In this document: piece after piece, positions 63,790 through 64,000 of the stretch
Numbering within the stretch: the first letter of the stretch is position 1
How the letters are laid out: each line of letters starts with the position of its first letter
Source of the DNA: Anthoceros angustus
Lineage: Eukaryota; Plantae; Anthocerotophyta
Reading direction: 5' to 3'
Length of the DNA: 64,000 nucleotides
Assembly: GCA_010909165.1 (NCBI GenBank)
Contig: MU008163.1
Location: 930,001 to 994,000 of the forward strand
Program-made: the position numbers and the translations under genes
The notes under the pieces: generated by a model
Told to the model about the DNA's origin: nothing
The model's input: the letters and a program-made list of their open reading frames with translations, nothing else
Database searches by the model: none

Positions 63790-64000
63790 AAACCTATAAG
63801 GAGTCTAATAAAGCCTGCCGACGGTCAAAAAGCTCAGAGAGACAAAGTCCAGAGAGCTTGGGAATATGAAAAGAGAAGAATCTGCGCAAGGAAAAACCAG
63901 CACACTGGAAAAGAAGAGTGTAACGAGCCCGAATATCAGCATAGGCAGGAGAATAGAAGAGAAAATGCGATTCAGATTCAGGGTCCAAGGAGCTGAGCTT
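63790..64000 (-). mobile_element. 3' end of a LINE ORF2 (C-terminal cysteine-rich region remnant)
   Basis: ESESHFLFYSPAYADIRARY resembles the E.E.HFLF.CP.Y..IR motif of LINE ORF2 C-termini. Confidence 0.6.

Overview
Eukaryotic plant nuclear DNA rich in transposons and tandem repeats. The short spliceosomal introns, GC-rich PLS-type PPR genes and iMet-primed Copia elements suggest a non-seed land plant such as a lycophyte; this is inference only. Intact-looking genes are a 5-exon RPS13, an EG45-like/DPBB secreted protein and a GPI-anchored phytocyanin with a long Pro/Thr/Ser stalk. Damaged genes are three paralogous PPR genes and a 4CL-like acyl-CoA ligase split by a Copia element. Positions 1-5.2 kb are a near-identical copy of 25.3-30.55 kb. 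Mobile elements include two bounded Copia elements with TSDs, a gag-only LTR element with non-canonical AG...CT ends, a CRE-like RLE LINE, other LINE fragments and a CACTA end. The most striking signal is an intronless, animal-type caspase-like p20+p10 domain at about 36.6-37.4 kb (DCFMCCINAHG, KPKVFLINACRG), unlike plant metacaspases. The window has many 1-bp indels typical of poorly polished long-read consensus, so frameshifts cannot reliably separate pseudogenes from sequencing errors. All assignments are by-eye motif recognition; no searches were run.
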